A stretch of DNA of 64,000 nucleotides, from the NCBI RefSeq assembly GCF_963921235.1, contig NC_086107.1, positions 110,858,001-110,922,000 of the forward strand, given 5' to 3'. This document shows positions 1 through 13,200 of this stretch, in pieces. Numbering within the stretch: the stretch's first letter is position 1; each line of letters starts with the position of its first letter. The translations under genes and the position numbers were made by a program. Under the pieces are notes generated by a model. The model saw only the letters and a list, made by a program, of their open reading frames with translations. It had not been told where the DNA came from and searched no databases. The DNA comes from Mobula hypostoma (taxonomy: Eukaryota).

Positions 1-399
1 TGGAATATATTTTATTATTTCTTAACTTATTTGTGGTAATATTACTTCATGCGTGAGTTATATGTTCTGCACCTTGCTCTGGAGGAACATTGTCCCATTT
101 GGCAATATACATGAATGACAATAATCTTGAAGTTGAGTGTTCTACACTCTTCAACGTTTAACAATTTTCAGATCTGACTTTAATCTGCCTTGTCTGGTCA
201 TAAAGAGAAGTATGGTAGAATCAATATGTTTAATGTTTCACTGATTTCATTGTTCTCCTGTAAATGCCTGCAAGAAAATGAATCTCAGGGTAGTATATGA
301 TGACATTTCTGTACTTTGTTAATAAAATTCACTTTGAACTTTTAAAGAACAGGGAGTTCAGAATCAGAATCAGATTTATCACCACCATCTTATATGATG

Positions 400-600
400 T
401 GAAATCTTCTTATTCCCCTCCCTCCACCTTCTTATTCTGACTTCTTTCCCTGTCTTTTCCAGTCCTGATGAAGAGTCCGGGTCTGAAACGTTGACTGTTC
501 ATCCATTTCCATAGATTCTGTCTGACCCGCTGAGTTCCTCCAGCATGTTGTGTGCAAGCTCCTTAAGATTTCCGGCATCTGCAGAATCACTTGTGTTTAT
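400..600 (+). mobile_element. 3' end fragment of a Neptune-type Penelope-like element
   Basis: Same terminal sequence as 36400-36622 (cagtcctgatgaa...gaaacgttgactg...ctgagttcctccagc...catctgcagaatc). Confidence 0.75.
460..497 (+). ncRNA. Minimal type I hammerhead ribozyme motif (PLE-derived), stem II degenerate
   Basis: cagtc-CTGATGA-agagtccgggtct-GAAA-cgtt-gactg; stem I cagtc/gactg is perfect, cleavage triplet GUU. Confidence 0.6.
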
Positions 601-1974
601 GAAGTGAAATTTGTCGTTTTGCGGCATCAAGCTGTTCTCTGTCCTAAAGCAGGCCACTTGATCATTGCTAGCTTGCTATTTCTGACTTGATATGTATGAC
701 TGATGAAACCCTCTGAATCTGAGGTAATAACTTTCTCCCTCCATATGCGCTGCCCGACCTGCTGATTATTTCCAGCTTCTGCAGGTCTTTGCTCATTACA
801 GGATATACACCACTGAGCATAAAACACGTTGGACCACCAGGAGTGGCTGAGGTCAGGATTCAGTCAGTAAAAGGGTGTCTTTGCTTTCCAACGGTGAAGC
901 AACTTTCATGACCCTGACCAAACTCAGGTGCCTCACTGACGTGGTTGATGTTGTTTCTTGCTCAAGGTTAGCCTGGAGCTTAAACTGAGACACGGTAATT
1001 GACACACCTATTGACAGGAGTTCAGTGATGGCCCAAGTGTAGCTGGAAGGACATAGACATGGAATGAATGGTTGACAGGGCTTTCCTAAGAACTGTACCC
1101 AACTAAGAGAAAAAAATAAACGCTAGGCCGACCGGGCCGCAAACTGAAAATTCTCAAACTAACTAAAAACTAAGCTGTCACTGCGGCTCGAAAGCTATAG
1201 AGTCGTAGGATCATAGAAAAGTACAGCACAGAAACAGGTGCTTCGAGTTGTCTTGTCTGTGCCAACCTATTTATACTGCCTACTCCCATCAAACTGCACC
1301 AGGACCATAGTCCTCCATACCCCGACCATCCATGTACTTTTTCTTAAACGTTGAGATCAATCTCGCCTTCGCAGCTTGTTCCACACTCTCAGGACCCTCT
1401 GAGTGAAAAAGTTTCCCCTCATGTTCCCCTTAAACATTTCACCTTTCACCCTCGACCCATGACCTTTAGTTGTAGTCCTACCCAACCTCAGTGGAAAAAA
1501 TCTGATTGCAATTACCCTATCTATACCCCTCATAATTTTGAAACCTGGAACTAAATTAAATCTGCTCCTTGACCAGTGTCTAGCTAAATCATTAATTTTC
1601 TTTCCTGGAATGTGGAATAAGGTAATCAGGGAGCATTGTCATTGCTGTGCTTCTCAATGAAGACTTGACAAGACTGAAACAGAAAGAAGAGGGTTAAATA
1701 CAATTACAAAGAATCCCTAAATGGCTAGAATCCTCACAAGCGTGACTGCCATCTTCTTTCAGCTGCCCACGTGCGCGAGCAGCCAGACTCTGCGGCAGTG
1801 TCCACGGTTGTGACACCTATCACAGCAAGGCAGCTGAAACGTGACTGACATTCCTTTGTCGTTATCAAGACAGTGATTTCCTTGCCTCCATTTTGCTTCC
1901 TTCCTAAAGACAGTCTCGTCCTCAAGGCCTAATATATAATGGATGGGTCTGAAAAATATTTAAAGATTAGTTTA

Positions 1975-2455
1975 ATGAGGCCACCCTCAGGGTGGAAGAG
2001 CAATACCTCATATTCTGTCTGGGTACCCTCCAACCTGGTGGCATGAATATCGCTAATTCCGGTAAACAATATTCCCCCTTCCCTGCTTGTATTCCCCACT
2101 TTGACCTTTTACTTCTTTTCACCTGCCTAATACTTTTCCCTGGGTCCCCTCCTCCTTCCCCGTTTCTCCGATGGTCCACTCTCCTCTGCTATCAGATTCC
2201 TTCTTCTCCAGCCCCTGACCTTTCCCTCCCACCTGGCTTCACCCATCACCTTCCAGCTAGCCTCTTCCCCTCACCCCCCCAGTTTTTTATTCTGGCAACT
2301 TCCCGCTTCCTTCTCAGTCCTGATGATGAAGGGTCTGAGCCTGAAACATTGACTGTTTACTCTCTTCCATAGATTTTGCCCGACCTGCTGGGTTCCTCCA
2401 GCATTTTGTGTGTGCTGCTTTGGATTTCTAGCATCTGCAGTCTTTCTCATGCTTT
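1975..2455 (+). mobile_element. Neptune PLE 3' fragment (GIY-YIG C-terminus, 3' UTR and degenerate hammerhead at 2315-2355)
   Basis: EEQYLIFCLGTLQPGGMNI matches EEQHLIFRLGSLQPDGMNI of the 35-36 kb copy; cagtc-ctgatga...gaaa-catt-gactg. Confidence 0.8.
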
Positions 2456-2489
2456 TAAAAGAAAAAATTAGTTGTACAGTTATTTTAAT

Positions 2490-2722
2490 TTTATTTATTT
2501 AGAGGTACAGTGAGTGCAGACAGCAATCCACTAATTTAACACGAGACTGATCACAGGACAAGTTACAATGACAAATTAACCTACTGACCATTACCTCTTT
2601 GAACCATGCAGTCACAGGGAGAATATACAAACTCCTTACAGGTGACGTTGGAATTGAATTTCAAACTCCGACACCCCAAGCTGTAATAGCGTTGTGCTGA
2701 CCAATACACTACCGTGGCACCC
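2490..2722 (-). mobile_element. tRNA-derived V-SINE (HE1-like), internally deleted
   Basis: Reverse complement of the head ggggtgccacggtagtgtattggtcagcacaacgctattacagc...tgtaaggagtttg. Confidence 0.65.
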
Positions 2723-3359
2723 CAAATTCTACCAGTCTCTAGGGCATGTCAGGTTTGGAGAAGCATGCATCTTAAAGATCGGAGTTTTAAGCCAATGGCT
2801 AAAGGCCTGTGTTTGTGAAGAAAGGCTTCTGTATGAAGTGGGTCATTATCCTGTGAAACTCACTGGCTGAAAATGTGGTGGGGGGGAGGGGGTTGAAGTG
2901 AGAAGCTGGGAGATGATAGGTGGAAATGTATACGGGTTGAAGAAGAAGGAATCTGATAGGAGAGGACAGTGGACCATGGGAGATCGGGAAAGAGGAGGGG
3001 CACCAGACAGAGGTGATAGGCAGGTGAGGAGACGAGAAGGGGTAAGAGGGGAGCCAGACTGGGGAATGGAAAAAGAGAGGAGGACGAGTGGGAGATAAAT
3101 TACTGAAATTTAGAGAAATTGATTTTGGTTGCTGCCAAGTTCAAAGTAAAATTTATTATCAGAGTACATACATATCACCACATACCACCCTGAGATTCAT
3201 TTTCCTGCAGGCATACTCAGCAAATCTATAGAACAGTAACTGTAAACAGGATCAATGGACGACAAACTGTGCAAATACAGATATAAATAAATAGTGATAA
3301 ATAACAAGCATGAAGTAACAAGATAAAGAGACCATGGGTTGTGGGAACAACAAAAATAG

Positions 3360-4312
3360 AATGAGTGTAGCTATTCCCTTTTATTCAAGAGCCTGATGGT
3401 TGAGGGGTAGTAACTGTTCGTGAACCTGGTGGTGTGAGTCCTGAGGCTCCTGTACCTTCTACCTGATGGCAGCAGTGAGGAAAGAGCATGGCCTGGGTGG
3501 TGAGGATCTCTGATGATGGATGCTGCTTCTCTACAGTAACATTTCATGTAGCTGTGCTCAATGGTTGGGAGAGTTTACCTGTGATGTATTGGGCTAAATC
3601 CATTAACTTCTGTAGGATTTTCCACTCAAAGGTATAGTATATCCAGCCAGGGTACTTTCCACCACACATCCATCAAAGTTTGCCAGGGTTTTCGACGACG
3701 TGCCAAATCCCCGCAGACTCCTGAGGAAGGAGAGTTGGGGTCGTGCTTTCTTTGCATTTGTATTTATACGTTGGGTCCAGGACAGGTCCTCTTAGATAGT
3801 TACACCCAGGAATTTAAAGTTATTGACCCTCTCCACCTCTGATCCTCCGATGATTACTGGCTCATGGACCTCTGATTTCCACCTCCTGAAGTCTACAATT
3901 AGTTCCTTGATCTTGTTGACATTGAGTGAGAGGTTGTTGTTATGACACCACTCTGCCAGATTGTCAATCTCCCTCCTGTGTGCTGATTCATCACCACCTT
4001 AGATGCAGCCCACAACAGTGGTGTCTTCAATAGACTTATACTGCATATGGTGTTGGAGCTGTACTCAGCCCCACAGTCATGGTTGTAAAGCGAGTAGAGC
4101 AGGGGGCTAAGTACACATCCCTGCGGTGCTCCTGTGCTGGTGGAGATTGTGGAGCAGATGTTTCTGCCAGTCTGAACTGACTGGGTCTACAGCTGAGAAA
4201 ATCCAGGATCCAATTGCACAAGGAATTATTGAGACCCAGGTCATGGAGTTTACTGATTAGTTTTGAAGGTACGATGCTGTTAACTGCTGAGCTGTAATCA
4301 ATGAAGGGCATC
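3360..4312 (-). mobile_element. Rex1/Babar-type LINE remnant (RT and 3' region)
   Basis: [39 protein letters not shown] motif in ORF 4036..4377; 3' part shared with copies at 18.4-19.2 kb and 42.8-43.1 kb. Confidence 0.8.
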
Positions 4313-4677
4313 CTACTGGAGGCTAGCCAGGTGAAATATAAGGTGTTGGTTCTCCACCCACCTACCTTCCCCCTCACCTGGTTTCACCCATCGCCTTCCC
4401 TTCGCCCGTCTTCTTTTTACTGCTTCCCCTTTCCTTTCCAGTCCTGATGATGGGTCTCAGCTCAAAACATCGGCTCTTTATTCCTCTCCATGGATACTGC
4501 CTGACCTGCTGAATTCCTCTAGCATTTTGTGTGGGTTGATCTGGATATCCAGTATCTGCAGAATCTCTTGTGTTTTGGGTGTTGAAGTTGAACGTTATGT
4601 TGGACTCAGTGTCCAAGAACATCTTAAAAGATCTTAAAGATTAGCTTTATTTCTCACATGTACATCGAAACCTCACA

Positions 4678-5108
4678 GGTGGCGGGGTGGAGATATATTT
4701 TTACCAAAGGAGGTGTAAGGTGCTCCTTCCCTCTGCTAGCCTGCAGGTCACACTTGGGCAAGGTGTAGCACCTGCTTAGTCCCCTATCATGGTCTTGTGA
4801 AGCCATGGTAGCAGGTGGCAGATGGTCGTCTGAGCAGTTGGTGCATATCACAAGTCCTGGTTATGTGTCCACTGATGCCAGGCGGACAATCTCTGAAGAG
4901 TATTGATAATGGCTGGGGTCACCCGTCTTGTAAAGACACTGCCCAGAAGAAGGCAATGGCAAACTAATTCTGTAGAAAAATTTGCCAAGTACAGTCAAGG
5001 TCAAAGACCACGATTGCCCATGTCATACAATATGGCACATAATGATGATGTTATATGATACGGCACATGATGATGATGTCATACAACACGGCACATGATG
5101 ACGATGAC
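4678..5108 (+). mobile_element. Non-autonomous retroelement with an RTE/BovB-like 3' tail and a triplicated 3' end
   Basis: gaagaaggcaatggcaaac...tctgtagaaaaatttgccaag resembles BovB-type tails; three ~28-bp units (gtcatacaa..ggcacat(a/g)atgatgat) at 5022-5108. Confidence 0.55.
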
Positions 5109-5695
5109 ACTGAAACATACGGTGAAAGATGTCATTTTTTTGTGTCAGTGACCAATGCGGTCCGAAGGTCAGCAGAAACAGGAAAAAAATTCTGTTTCTA
5201 ATCACTATCTGGAATCGAGACTTCCTTTACTGAGTCACTGTGGGGACAAAGGACAAGTACAGGATTGGTTTAGGGTTTCCATATCCTAATGTGAGTTTGC
5301 TGGGGGGGTGGGGGAGGTGGGGAGGGTGAGAAGCAAGAGGGCTGCCATGGTAGCCTAGCAGTTAGAGCGACGCTATTACAGCTCAGGGCATCGGAGTTTG
5401 GTGTTCAATCCTAGCGTTTTCTGTAAGAAGTTTGTGTGCCCTCCCGATGGAATGCATTAGTTTTCTCCAGGTACTCTGGTTTTCTCCCACAGTGCAAAGA
5501 TGTATCGGGTAGGTGAATTGGTTGTTGTAAACTGTCCCATGATTAGCTAGGGTTAAATACTCAGTATACAAAATCCAGTTACCTCTTGTGCAATCGACCA
5601 CGTCTACCTTAGCGTTGTAGCCAGCCCTTTCTGCTTGTTTTTAATTTATTAAAATTATTATCACCTGGTACTTCCTAATTTTAATTTCTAATTTT

Positions 5696-6350
5696 TAGAT
5701 TATGAGAACACTCAGTCCTCTTTTATTGTCATTTAGAAATGCATACATGCATTAAGAAATGATACAGTGTTTCTCCAGAGTGATATCACAGAAAACGAGA
5801 CAGACCAAAGACTAACACTGACGGAACCACATAATTATAACATATAGTTACAGCAGTGCAAAGCAATACCATAATTTGATAAAGAACAGACCATAGGCAC
5901 AGTAAAAACAAGTCTCAAAGTCCTGAGTCCATCGACTCCCAACTTCCCGATAGCAGGTGGCAAAAGGAAGAAACTCCCTGCCATAAACCTCCAGGCACCG
6001 TCAACTTGCCGATACCTTGGAAGCAGCCGACCACAGCCGACACTGAGTCCATCCGTCTGAAAACTCCAAGCTTCCGAGCAGCCTGTCCGATACAGCCTCC
6101 CGAGTGCCATCCTCTGCAGAGCGCCTTTGACCTCTCCCCGGCCGCCGAAACATGCAAAGCCGAGGATTTCGGGGCCTTCAGCTCCGGAGATTCTGGTTAC
6201 CACACAGTAGCAGCGGTAGCAAAGTGGGCATTTCAGAAGTTTTCCAGATGTTCCGCTGTGCTCTCATGTCCGTCTCCATCAAATCAGGATTGTGCACGGT
6301 CCCCTACTTGACAGATAACAGATACTCATCACCGGAGAGGCCGCGCGCAC
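5696..6350 (-). mobile_element. CpG-rich non-autonomous retroelement (same family as 19375-19993)
   Basis: Reverse-complement homology to 19375-19993; shared 3' end aatgacaataaaagagg.ctgagtgt.ctcataatctaa. Confidence 0.7.
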
Positions 6351-6857
6351 TGTTGTTCATTGTGAACTCATGAATTTATCTGTTTTCTGTCATTTAAAAA
6401 AAACTCATCTGTGTTAAACGCAGAGTGAGGAACACACGCTGTGCTACTTTTTTAAAAACTCAAATATCTTGCTGTGCTTTTTAAAAAACTTGAACGTCTC
6501 GCTGAGCTTTTTTTAACTCGAATATTTTGCTGCGATTCAACAGGTAGGTAGTCATATCAGGTTCATTTTAAACTTCCTCAGTGCTACTGGTATGGTTCAT
6601 AACTCCAAAACATAAGAACTAATTGAAAGGAAGACAAGGGAGCCGGGAGATAACTTGTGTACGTTCGTTTTTACTTTAAACGTGGCGCGCTTGTGGCAGT
6701 GTGATGATGTATGCTATTTGCATACTGTTACATATAACTTGTAATGAATTATTTAAACAAAGAATGCTTAATCAAACAATATATTTACAATATCACTCAA
6801 ATGTTACTGAAATATTGAATACGGAGCTCAAACATTAACCCTTTCAATCCCGGGATC

Positions 6858-7700
6858 ATAAGAACGTAAGAAATAGGAACAGGAGTCGGGCATCTGGCCC
6901 ATCGACCCTAAACTGCCATTCAATAAGATCATGGCTGATCTGGCCATGGACTCATCCCCACCTCCCTGCCTTTTCCCCAGCCTCCACTGCTTCATTGAGC
7001 AGAAAATTCCACAGATTCACCACTCTTTGGGAAAAGCAGTTCCTCCTCATCTCCGTCCTAAATTTACTCCCCCAAATCTTGAGGCTATGTCCCTTAGTTC
7101 TAGTCTCACCTATCAGTGGAAACAACTTCCCTGTCTCTATTCTTTCATAATTCTATATGTTTCTATAAGATCTACTTTCATTCTTCTGAATTCTAGCAAG
7201 TACAGTCCCTGGAGACTTAATTGCTCCTCATAGTCTAACCCCCTCATCTCTGGAATCAGCCTGGTGAACCTCTTCTGTACCACCTCCAAACCTAGTACAT
7301 CCTTCCTCAAGTAAGGAGACCAGAACTGCACGCAGTAGCCCAGTGGCATCACCGGTACCTGGTACAGTTGCAGCATATCCTCCCTGCTCTTAAACTCAGT
7401 CCCTCTTGCAACGAAGGCCAACATTCAGTTTGCCTTCTCGATAACCTGCTGCATCTGCGAACCAACCTTTTGCGATCATTCTCGAGAACATCCCCTGAAA
7501 GCACATCCTTTCTTAAATAAGGGGCTCATAATACTCCAAGTGAGGTCTGACCAGTGCCTTATAAAGCCTCAGCATAACATCCTTGCTTTTATATTCTAGT
7601 CCTCTCGAAATGAATGCTGATGTTGCCTTTGCCTTCCCTGGCACCGACTCAACCTGCCAGATAACCTTCAGGGAATCCTGCTCCAGTACTTCCAAGTCCC
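6858..7700 (-). mobile_element. CR1 LINE 3' fragments
   Basis: YCVQFWSPYLRKDVLGLEVVQKRFTRLIPEMRGLDYEEQL and LRLYKALVRPHLEY; 3' tail tcttatg repeats. Confidence 0.9.
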
Positions 7701-8189
7701 CTTGTATGTTGAGAAACTTGTTGTGTTGTGGCAGAGGTGCAATGCAATGCATAAAAACTACTGCAAATAAGAATAATATATCAACTAGGTCAATAAATAA
7801 GCAAAAAAAAAAAGAGCTAAATAGCAAAGTAGTGTCCATGGTCTGTTCAGAAGCAGTTCTTGAAACAGTAAATGTGCACCATCTTCTCTCTGATGGTGGC
7901 AAGAAGAGGGCAGGTCCTGGGTGATGTGGGGTCCTTCATGGTCCTTTTTCAGGCATCGCCATTTGAAGATGTCCTTGATAGAGGGGAGACTAGTGGCCAT
8001 GATGGAGATGGCTCTGCAGCTTCTTTCCATCATGCCTTTTGCCTTTTCTTTGGACGGGGGTGGGGGGGGCGGTGGGTGTGGGGACCAATGAAAAGGGGAG
8101 GGATGGAAAAGGTTAGAATGCAATCAGAAACACTGAACGATGTTCTGTAGCGGAAGGGAGCGTGTCAGTGCAATAGCTGACATGGTCTC

Positions 8190-8430
8190 ATAAGGCGAAC
8201 CATAGCATAGCGGTTAGCAAAACGCTATGAAGTCACCAGTTCAATTCCTGCTATGTCTTCTAAGGAGTTTGTGAGCTCTTCCCGAGAATGCGTGGGTTTC
8301 CTCCAGGTGCTCTGGTTTCTTCCAGGTGCTGCGGTTTCCTCCCACGTTCCAAGGATGTACAGTGTAGTAGGTTAATTGGTCACTTGGGTATAACTGGGCG
8401 GCGTGGGCATTTGGGGACGGAAGGGCCTGT
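8190..8430 (+). mobile_element. tRNA-derived V-SINE (HE1-like) about 50 nt upstream of the GRIN2B acceptor
   Basis: tagcatagcggttagc A-box, gttcaattcc B-box, V-domain gggtttcctccaggtgct...tttcctcccac. Confidence 0.8.
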
Positions 8431-8449
8431 TATAACAAAATTTAAAAAA

Positions 8450-8479
8450 CTAATCCCTCTGCTCTGGTTTGTGTTGTAG
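8450..8479 (+). promoter_or_regulatory. Branch point, pyrimidine tract and 3' splice acceptor of the GRIN2B exon
   Basis: ctaat at 8450-8454, then ccctctgctctggtttgtgttgtag. Confidence 0.75.
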
Positions 8480-9078
8480 GATGACTCATCGATGTTCTTC
8501 CAGTTTGGTCCCTCCATTGAGCAGCAGGCCTCAGTGATGCTGAACGTTATGGAAGAGTACGACTGGTACATTTTTTCCATTGTAACAAGTTATTTCCCTG
8601 GATACCAGGAGTTTATCAATAAGATCCGAAGCACCATCGAGAACAGTTTTGTTGGTTGGGAGATGGAGGAGGTCATGTCACTGGACATTTCGGTGGATGA
8701 TCGTGAGACCAAGATCCAAAACCAGCTGAAGAAGTTACAGAGCCCAGTCATCCTCTTGTTTTGCACTAAGGATGAGGCCACTTATATTTTTGAAGTGGCC
8801 GAGTCCGTTGGCCTGACGGGCTATGGTTATATCTGGATTGTGCCCAGCACGGTGACTGGGAATACAGACATCATTTTACCAGAGTTCCCGACGGGATTAA
8901 TTTCTGTTTCCTACGACGAATGGGATTACGGACTCCCGGCCAGGGTCAGGGACGGAGTTGCCATCATCACCACAGCGGCTTCAACCATGCTGGCCGAACA
9001 CAAGGAGATCATGGAACCCAAGACCAGTTGCTACAGCGTGCAGGAGAGGAGGGCTCACCAATCGAACACCTTGCACAG
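8480..9078 (+). CDS. GRIN2B: Internal coding exon of NMDA receptor subunit GluN2B (amino-terminal domain), equivalent to human residues D138-R337
   Basis: Reads [45 protein letters not shown]...[15 protein letters not shown]...SNTLHR. This is colinear with GluN2B and unlike GluN2A ([22 protein letters not shown]). Acceptor ttgtag|GAT at 8479/8480, donor CACAG|gtaagg at 9078/9079. The 599-bp length and phases 0/2 match the human c.412-1010 exon as I recall it. Confidence 0.97.
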
Positions 9079-9650
9079 GTAAGGCGTGATTCTGAATTTC
9101 TCACTGTTGACTTGCGAGACGGTGATGCAATTGACATGCATAGGATTCACTTTGGAAAACACAGGAGCACCCTGTGGACACACCTTCCTAAAATGTCTGC
9201 ATAAAAACGTATTAACCTTTCAAATTTCTGTATAGCTGTTTATTGGCTTGCATTGTGATTTGCTAATGGTCGCTCATTGACGCTAACCACGGTCTCGGGT
9301 CTGGCGGTGATGTGTAAAATTGGATGTAGTGACGCAGTGCGTGGAACCACAGACTATAACTGAACTATACCATAAAGTTTTTGTACCGTATCCTCTGGCT
9401 GTAATTGAACTGCGCCGTAAGGTTTGCTCCGGTGAGAAGGGTGCAATATTACAACCTGGGTCGTTCTTTGTAGAAGTGTGGCCGGCATTGCAATCCTGTT
9501 ATTGCCATCATTTCACTAGCATAAGGAAATACACAGCCTTGGAGACCTGCATTATGTTGGACCTGTTTACAGCCAATGCCACAAAATTTCATTCCCTCGA
9601 CTAGAACTTGCTGCATTAGCAGAAAAGGACGATGTACTGGGGGTAGGTGT

Positions 9651-9925
9651 GTGGCGTGTGGCCAGGTGGTTAAGGTGTTGGACTAGTGATCTGAAGGTCG
9701 TGAGATCGAGCCCCAGCCGAGGCACTGTATTGTGTCCTTGAGCAAGGCACTTAGTCCACCCAGCTGAAAATGGGTACCGGCAAAATGCTGGGGGTTAACC
9801 TCGCGATAGACTGGCGTCCTATCTGGGGGGCGGGCGTGGAGTCTCGTACTCAGTCGCTTCACGCCACTGAAACCGGCATAAGCACCGGCCTGATGAGCCT
9901 ATAAGGCGGGTGGGTGGGAGACTTG
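9651..9925 (+). mobile_element. tRNA-derived SINE with CORE-like segment and Meta/V-like tail (type A)
   Basis: tggccaggtggttaagg A-box, gagatcgagccc B-box-like, tgtgtccttgagcaaggcactt, ccacccagctgaaaatgggtacc; near-identical copy at 61951-62241. Confidence 0.8.
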
Positions 9926-9959
9926 CGATGCATTTAAGTTACAACGTGGGATCAATCTT

Positions 9960-10205
9960 CCTTTAAGCCCATCACCTCTTACCAGGGGCATAGGCTGCCA
10001 ACAGGAGCTTGCCAGAGTCCTCTGTCCTGGGCCAGTATTTCAAATTGTCCCCAGGTATAGCTCACCTTCGAAGATCCAGCCCCTTGCAGGGAAGAGGTCT
10101 TTGGCGTTTCTGTAGCCCTGGGTTTTTGCGGGATGAAGTTGTGAACCCAATGCCCAACTCTCCTTCTTTCGGAGCCGGGCTTGGGGCCATCCATGGCGGA
10201 GTTAT
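9960..10205 (-). mobile_element. RTE-clade non-autonomous or 3' fragment
   Basis: TWGQFEILAQDRGLWQAPVGSLCPW is an RTE-like ORF C-terminus; related copy at about 37680-37935. Confidence 0.6.
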
Positions 10206-10209
10206 TGGA

Positions 10210-10218
10210 GTAGTAGTA

Positions 10219-10250
<32 letters not shown>
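10210..10250. repeat. (AGT)n(AAT)n microsatellite
   Basis: agtagtagtagt followed by (aat)n. Confidence 0.95.
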
Positions 10251-10252
<2 letters not shown>

Positions 10253-13200
10253 CTCATTTATAGCTCTTCTCATCCAGGCGATGTAGTTCAAAGTACATTA
10301 CAATGGGATAAAATGCAAACATGAAAATAAAAGACAGAAAGATATTAATTAAAAGCCTGGTTAAATAAATAGATTTTGAGCTGGCGTTTAAAAGTGTCAA
10401 CTGAGTCTGGATCCTTTATTGTTTTAGGTATTGAATTGCGCAGTTTAATTTAAAAAAAAGACGACCTGCCAATTAATCATTCATTAAATCTGTGTCAGTG
10501 TTAATTCTGCATGGAATCAAAGAGTTCGAATCATGTTTAGTAACTGTTCCTTTATCCTTTCTGCCCCTTTCCTTCACCCCCTTATCCAATCTAATTCTGA
10601 ATGTTGACTTTGCTTCTATTTTAAGTGAACTCACACCTCTCCGAGCAAAGACATTATCCAGCCCTCAGGTCTATATATTTAATCTCGTACCACTGAACTG
10701 TGGATATTGAGTCCTCAATTAATCCTTCTAATCTGTCTCATCCTTTCATGCTTTTAAACATTCCCAGCAATATTCCACCAAGAGCGTGCAACATTTTAAT
10801 AAAGACTGACTCAATATTCCAAGTCTCTCTTTATATTGGAAGACTATTTTATCAGTCTGCAATGACAGTGGGGCTGTTCAGTACTCTCTTGAAAATATGA
10901 AGATCTTATTAAGATTCTGTAGAATATGTGTGGTTCCCCCCACCCCACTCTCTAGCATACAAATGGTAAGAGTTAACCAAGACTGAGATACTTTCCTAAA
11001 TAATTGGTTTCATTAATATTATAATATGATGGTTTGCAGATAATGTTGCTGACGACTTTATCTGGGAACACAGCCCAGAAGCAAGGGTGATTAACTTCTA
11101 GTTGAGAGAATGTGTTTAATTGTTGAGATCGACTTTGAACTGATTCTGTTAAAAAGCTATATTTTATAACTCTTCATTGCTGACAGAATAAGCTATTTAT
11201 AGTTTCGAATTCTCTCATTATTTAAGAATATAGTTTTCTTTATTATGGTTTGCTGACCTCTTTTGAAATTCTGACCAATCTTGAATGCAGCAGTTAATCG
11301 TCTCTTTTTGTATTCTTTATTCTTAAGCAATAACTTTATCCACAAAACCTTTAAAGTGTGGTTACGTTTACCAGTTGGCTGACACGCCTTGTGATGATGG
11401 TCAATTTAGAATTAATTAAATTCTGATTTCCTATCAATATTTCTAGCTTTACAAAGAGGCATTAAAACCTCATTAAGTTAATGTATCAATTTTTTTCTGT
11501 AGATTCAATGTTGGCAAGCGCTATAACCAGTAAAAACAGATTCTAAAATTTGCTTCAAATACATAAAATTATTGCTCACGTCCAAATCCGAAATGTGAAC
11601 AGAACCTGCCGGAAATGATCTGGAGGTCGGGCAGGATTTTGTGGAGAGAGAAAACGTTGAAGGTTGATGCCATTTCATCTGGATTTTTAACTTAGCAAAT
11701 CAGAAATAAAACGGTTTTGGTAATAAGATAGCGGCGAGGGTCACTTGACGGATAAACTGTATTTTATTTAAGTGCAGCCTTGGTGATTTATAGGTAACAT
11801 TCTAAAATTCAGCTCGTTTTTGCAGGAAAAAAACGAAACTGAGTTGTTCATGGTCTGGTAAGAGTCACATATTACATCAAGAGCGCAGTAGGACGGGAGT
11901 TTATAATTTCAAATTTGCAATTTCGAAGGGGTGACTGAGAAAGCGATCTTTGATGGCACAAATGTAACCTAGTCAAGGATCAGGTGGGATGATCGATCCA
12001 GGAAATATTTTAATTTAAGGGAAACAAACACATCACACAGAAATTAAATCATTGCTACGCGTGCTGTGGTGTGCTCTTATGGCATTAGCTGCCCCTTCAG
12101 GCCCTTGTCTAAAAGGAAGATTCAGAAACTCTAATCAGACCTAGTGTGTTGACTACGTTAGCAGGGAAACAAAGGCATTTCGTGTCCGCTGTATCTGTTG
12201 TTGCATTTTTACTTTTCGTGAGTCAGAAAGGAGCTCGCATTGCAGGCAAGGAACGCACAATTAAAAAGTAATTCTATTTGTCGAAGCTCTGTTGCTGTTG
12301 TGATTTTCCCGATCTGATCTTAAAAGGATCAATTCCGCCATTCTGCAGTCGTTAATGGCACATGTTCATACCCAGAGCGCATTGCGCAAGAGAATACGCC
12401 CAATATGTCTTGGCGGCAACCTGCACACTGCTGCATGGGTGCTCTGTCCTCGGAGGAAGCAGCACAGCAACAGCAGTGCAGTCGATATACTGATTACCGA
12501 ATGCAGGTAGTTTAACCACATGTGCAGCAAATGGTCCTGATTGAAATGACCGTTTGTTAGTTTATAGGGCATGAAACATTTTTGGCGTTGGTTTAAATCC
12601 AATACTTACCGGGAAATATAATAATAATATCAGGATTTGCAAAACGAGTGCATTTACTGACTTGAGTTTTGTCATTCAGCAGCTCGTGTTGATCATTTTC
12701 TATTAAAGGTTGACGTACCAATAGACATAATTATAATGTCATAACAAGGTTTGAGATTATTCAGTAAATTTGCTCAAGCGAAATAAAGGTTTTATTTCTG
12801 AGGCTGTTTATGCATTTAAGGGGCAAAATTGCGGTGTCGCGGGGATGACTTTCGCTGCGATGTGTTTGGATAGACATCGGCGTTTGACCAATGACCGAGG
12901 AGAAGGCGGGACAGTCGACTCATTCCTGACCAATTGGATGGTTAATTTACCGTTACGTTTTCTACTTCGATATCGGAATGTTAATATTTCTACCCTTAAT
13001 ATAATAACTTCTAGCACAAGCAGAACTGCTTTGAAATTTGGTTGATGGAGTCAAGAAATCCGGGCAACTTGGCCCTATCCTGTAGTAACCCTTTCAGGAT
13101 GAACCTTCAGATGGTTTGAGGGTTGGTGAATGGCTATGAACGTTGACATCGGGGAATACACATTGCTTTGAATTGGTGCAGCCTAGTTAAATGACTAATC

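Noticed and set aside
6360..6830. Possible DNA-transposon end with three ~29-bp subterminal repeats (ttttaaaaact..aa..tct.gctg.gc)
   Set aside because: No matching TIR or TSD could be identified, so it is left unclassified.
8056..8103. G-run cluster (possible G-quadruplex) about 400 nt upstream of the exon
   Set aside because: Similar G-runs are scattered throughout the window, so there is no evidence of specific function.
9164..9184. Possible REST/RE1 site (ggagcaccctgtggacacacc) downstream of the exon
   Set aside because: Both half sites are mismatched and the spacing is non-canonical.
9868..9910. GAAA...CTGATGA-gcc-tataa-ggc in the type A SINE tail as a possible hammerhead
   Set aside because: No GAAA after the putative stem II, no UH cleavage site in the right topology, and the second copy reads CTGATGG.
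9979..10263. ORFs with poly-Tyr or poly-Ile
   Set aside because: Produced by the (AAT)n microsatellite next to an RTE remnant.
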